From positions 7,323,773 to 7,387,772 of the forward strand of contig CM119270.1 of NCBI GenBank assembly GCA_051294375.1: DNA of 64,000 nucleotides, in the 5' to 3' direction. The stretch is from Paraspadella gotoi (Eukaryota; Animalia; Chaetognatha). Below are positions 62,001 through 64,000 of the stretch, one piece after another (position 1 is the first letter of the stretch; every line of letters starts with the position of its first letter). The position numbers and the translations under genes are program-made. Under the pieces are notes generated by a model. That model was given only the letters and a program-made list of their open reading frames with translations. It had not been told where the DNA came from and made no database searches.

Positions 62001-63713
62001 ACGACGTCTTGTGGATCTCTTTGCCAGTGAGGACGTTTGACTATGTTGTCAGTCTCTCGTCGTTTTTCTACCTGTCTCTCTGTCCCTATTTTTACTAGAG
62101 TTTCTTGGTTTCTGTCGTTGCTATCTGACCGTCTATATCGCTCTGTCCGCTTTTTTTCGGTTTTAAAATGTCAGTCTGTCCAATTTGTCTTTTGTCCCGG
62201 TCGAATGCTTCCTGTCTGTCTATCTGTCTGTAAATATTCCTATGGTCTGTGTTTTCGTCGGTCCCGTCGGTCTGTCTTTCCGACTTGGCCCGATTCAATA
62301 TCAACAAACTTGCAAATCCCTTCACTAGAGAACGTCTGTGATCAGCGAATTCCCAACTACGCGAACGTCTATAACTGTCGAGAGCGGAGACCGTGCTGAA
62401 GATGTCGAGATACGTGAAACGCCTCCTCCTCCGTCGTCACCCCAGTGAGGCGTATTTGGTGGGGGTGGCCCCGTGGGGGGAAAGGAATATGGTGTATGCT
62501 GGAGGAATAAGAAACCAAATGATGAAATCGTCAAAGGAATAATTTTAATTTTTTTTGTATGGGAGTTTATAGTAAAATTCCGTTTTAATAGCGTAGTAAA
62601 ATTTACACAAATAAAATTTATAAACAGAAATTAGTCAATAGTCATGCTTCAATATGTAGATTAGATGAGGGTCGAACATGGTAAAATTAAATAAAAAAGT
62701 CTTATCATTTACACTTTGATTTCAAATTTTACATACATTTTATTTTACGTTTCACATTTGTCTAGAATTTTTGTTTTGTTTTTCTAGAGGCGAACGAAAG
62801 GCCACCGGTTATCTGCGAAGGTCACAGTAAATAAATATTTCAAGAATGACATGAAAAATAATACAACAAAGAAAAAAAATAAGAAAAATGGTATTCATCC
62901 ATAACCAGGAGGCGTGCCCGCCGCCAACGTCCCCTGGACTTTTGTGGCGTCGCGCTTTTTTTTTCCCGGCGCCATCTCGTTTTCCGCCGCGGAGATTTTT
63001 CGTGACGCAAATCTGTGGTGACCTGTCACGTGACCGGAGGCGTAGGAGACGATTGGAGTTCAGTGAGAATCACGAGATCGATTCTCACTTTGTGCCGGAC
63101 GCACAAGATGAAATCTGCGATCGGTTGAGAAGAGAACGAATGGATGATGCCTGGCATTGTGCATTGCGATTGCACGCATATGTTGCAACATTGTTGGTTA
63201 TATCTTAGTTTAAAGGTATGTTAAATTGAGATGATTAATTGTCATTGTCGATATGTAATTAACGGTATTTTGGCGAAGTTGGGTGTATATAAGAAATATA
63301 AAGAAAGAACACTTGGTCAAGAAATGTAAAGGGGATTTATTGACTGAGTCAATCAGCCGAAATAATAACTCCCTATTCACATAAAAGAAAAATCCGGATA
63401 CTAATCCATTTCTTTCCTCTGTATTTTTGTGTCGGGAATTATGTCACTTAATTTCCTCACGGATTCCCTTCATCGAAACGAGATTTACTCGTTTCTTTCC
63501 CTCACAAAGTCACAGTGATTTTCGATTTAATCCAATTAGTCGGTTTCACCGCGTGAGAGACGAAAATCGTCGAATGGGAAAGTCGTGAAATTATTGAGTC
63601 ATTGTGAGAGCTGATGACAGTTCTCAATCACAGTGGGAGTGTAATTGATTGTGATTGTATTTCATATAACCTCCTCTCTCTCTTCTCTCGTCTCTCTCTC
63701 CTCTCTCTGCTCT

Positions 63714-63750
<37 letters not shown>

Positions 63751-64000
63751 GTTTCTTCTCTCCTCCTTCAAGGACACCTCAACTGTTCCTGTGAGCAACC
63801 CCTTCACTCCCCCTTCTTCCTCCAACCCCCTCGTCGTCTCCGTGGGTCTCAACGTGGAGTATCCGCCCAGCCCCCCTCGCCTCACCGCAGTCGAGGGGGT
63901 GCACGGAGATCGGTGGCTGCAGGTCGGTCAACGGGAGCTCGACTCTGTACTTAACCCTCTATATTTAACCCTAATCTGTTACCCATCTTATAACACAATC
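51141..64000 (+). repeat. Second, indel-rich copy of 35091-47821 (probable false duplication)
   Basis: Begins exactly at the gap. Differences from copy 1 are mostly scattered 1-nt insertions and deletions, in exons and introns alike. Confidence 0.9.
57292..63922 (+). pseudogene. Frameshifted duplicate of the Ig-domain gene exons (likely artefact rather than true pseudogene)
   Basis: Same exons as 41139-47730, with many single-base indels. Confidence 0.5.

Noticed and set aside
51141-64000. Recent real tandem duplication with pseudogenisation
   Set aside because: Indel-dominated divergence and a start exactly at the gap fit read error better than evolution.

Overview
Intron-rich genomic DNA from an animal, probably an invertebrate, with GC-rich exons, short AT-rich introns and many (AG)n/(TC)n microsatellites. 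Four + strand protein-coding genes can be reconstructed by splicing: (1) a 5'-truncated Mi-2/CHD3-4-5 chromatin remodeller (102-9317); (2) a TBC1D2/TBC1D2B-like PH + coiled-coil + Rab-GAP gene (10900-~19173); (3) a very divergent type I membrane protein resembling CACHD1/alpha2delta Cache-domain proteins (22902-34437); and (4) a multi-Ig cell-surface protein (41139-48198+). Bases 51141-64000 are an indel-riddled copy of 35091-47821 next to a 25-N gap, most likely an assembly artefact. The most interesting signal is non-coding. A dispersed 180-260 nt structured repeat occurs four times, on both strands, in introns or upstream of genes. Its 3' half has the element order of a circularly permuted (type-P5) twister self-cleaving ribozyme, with covarying stems, and one copy places it behind a tRNA-like A/B-box head. 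Other highly structured GC-rich islands lie in CHD intron 1, at 10.06-10.33 kb and at 19.63 kb. There is also a Tc1/mariner MITE, a second short repeat family, a GC-AG intron and a candidate cassette exon. All RNA structures were folded by eye and need computational and biochemical confirmation.
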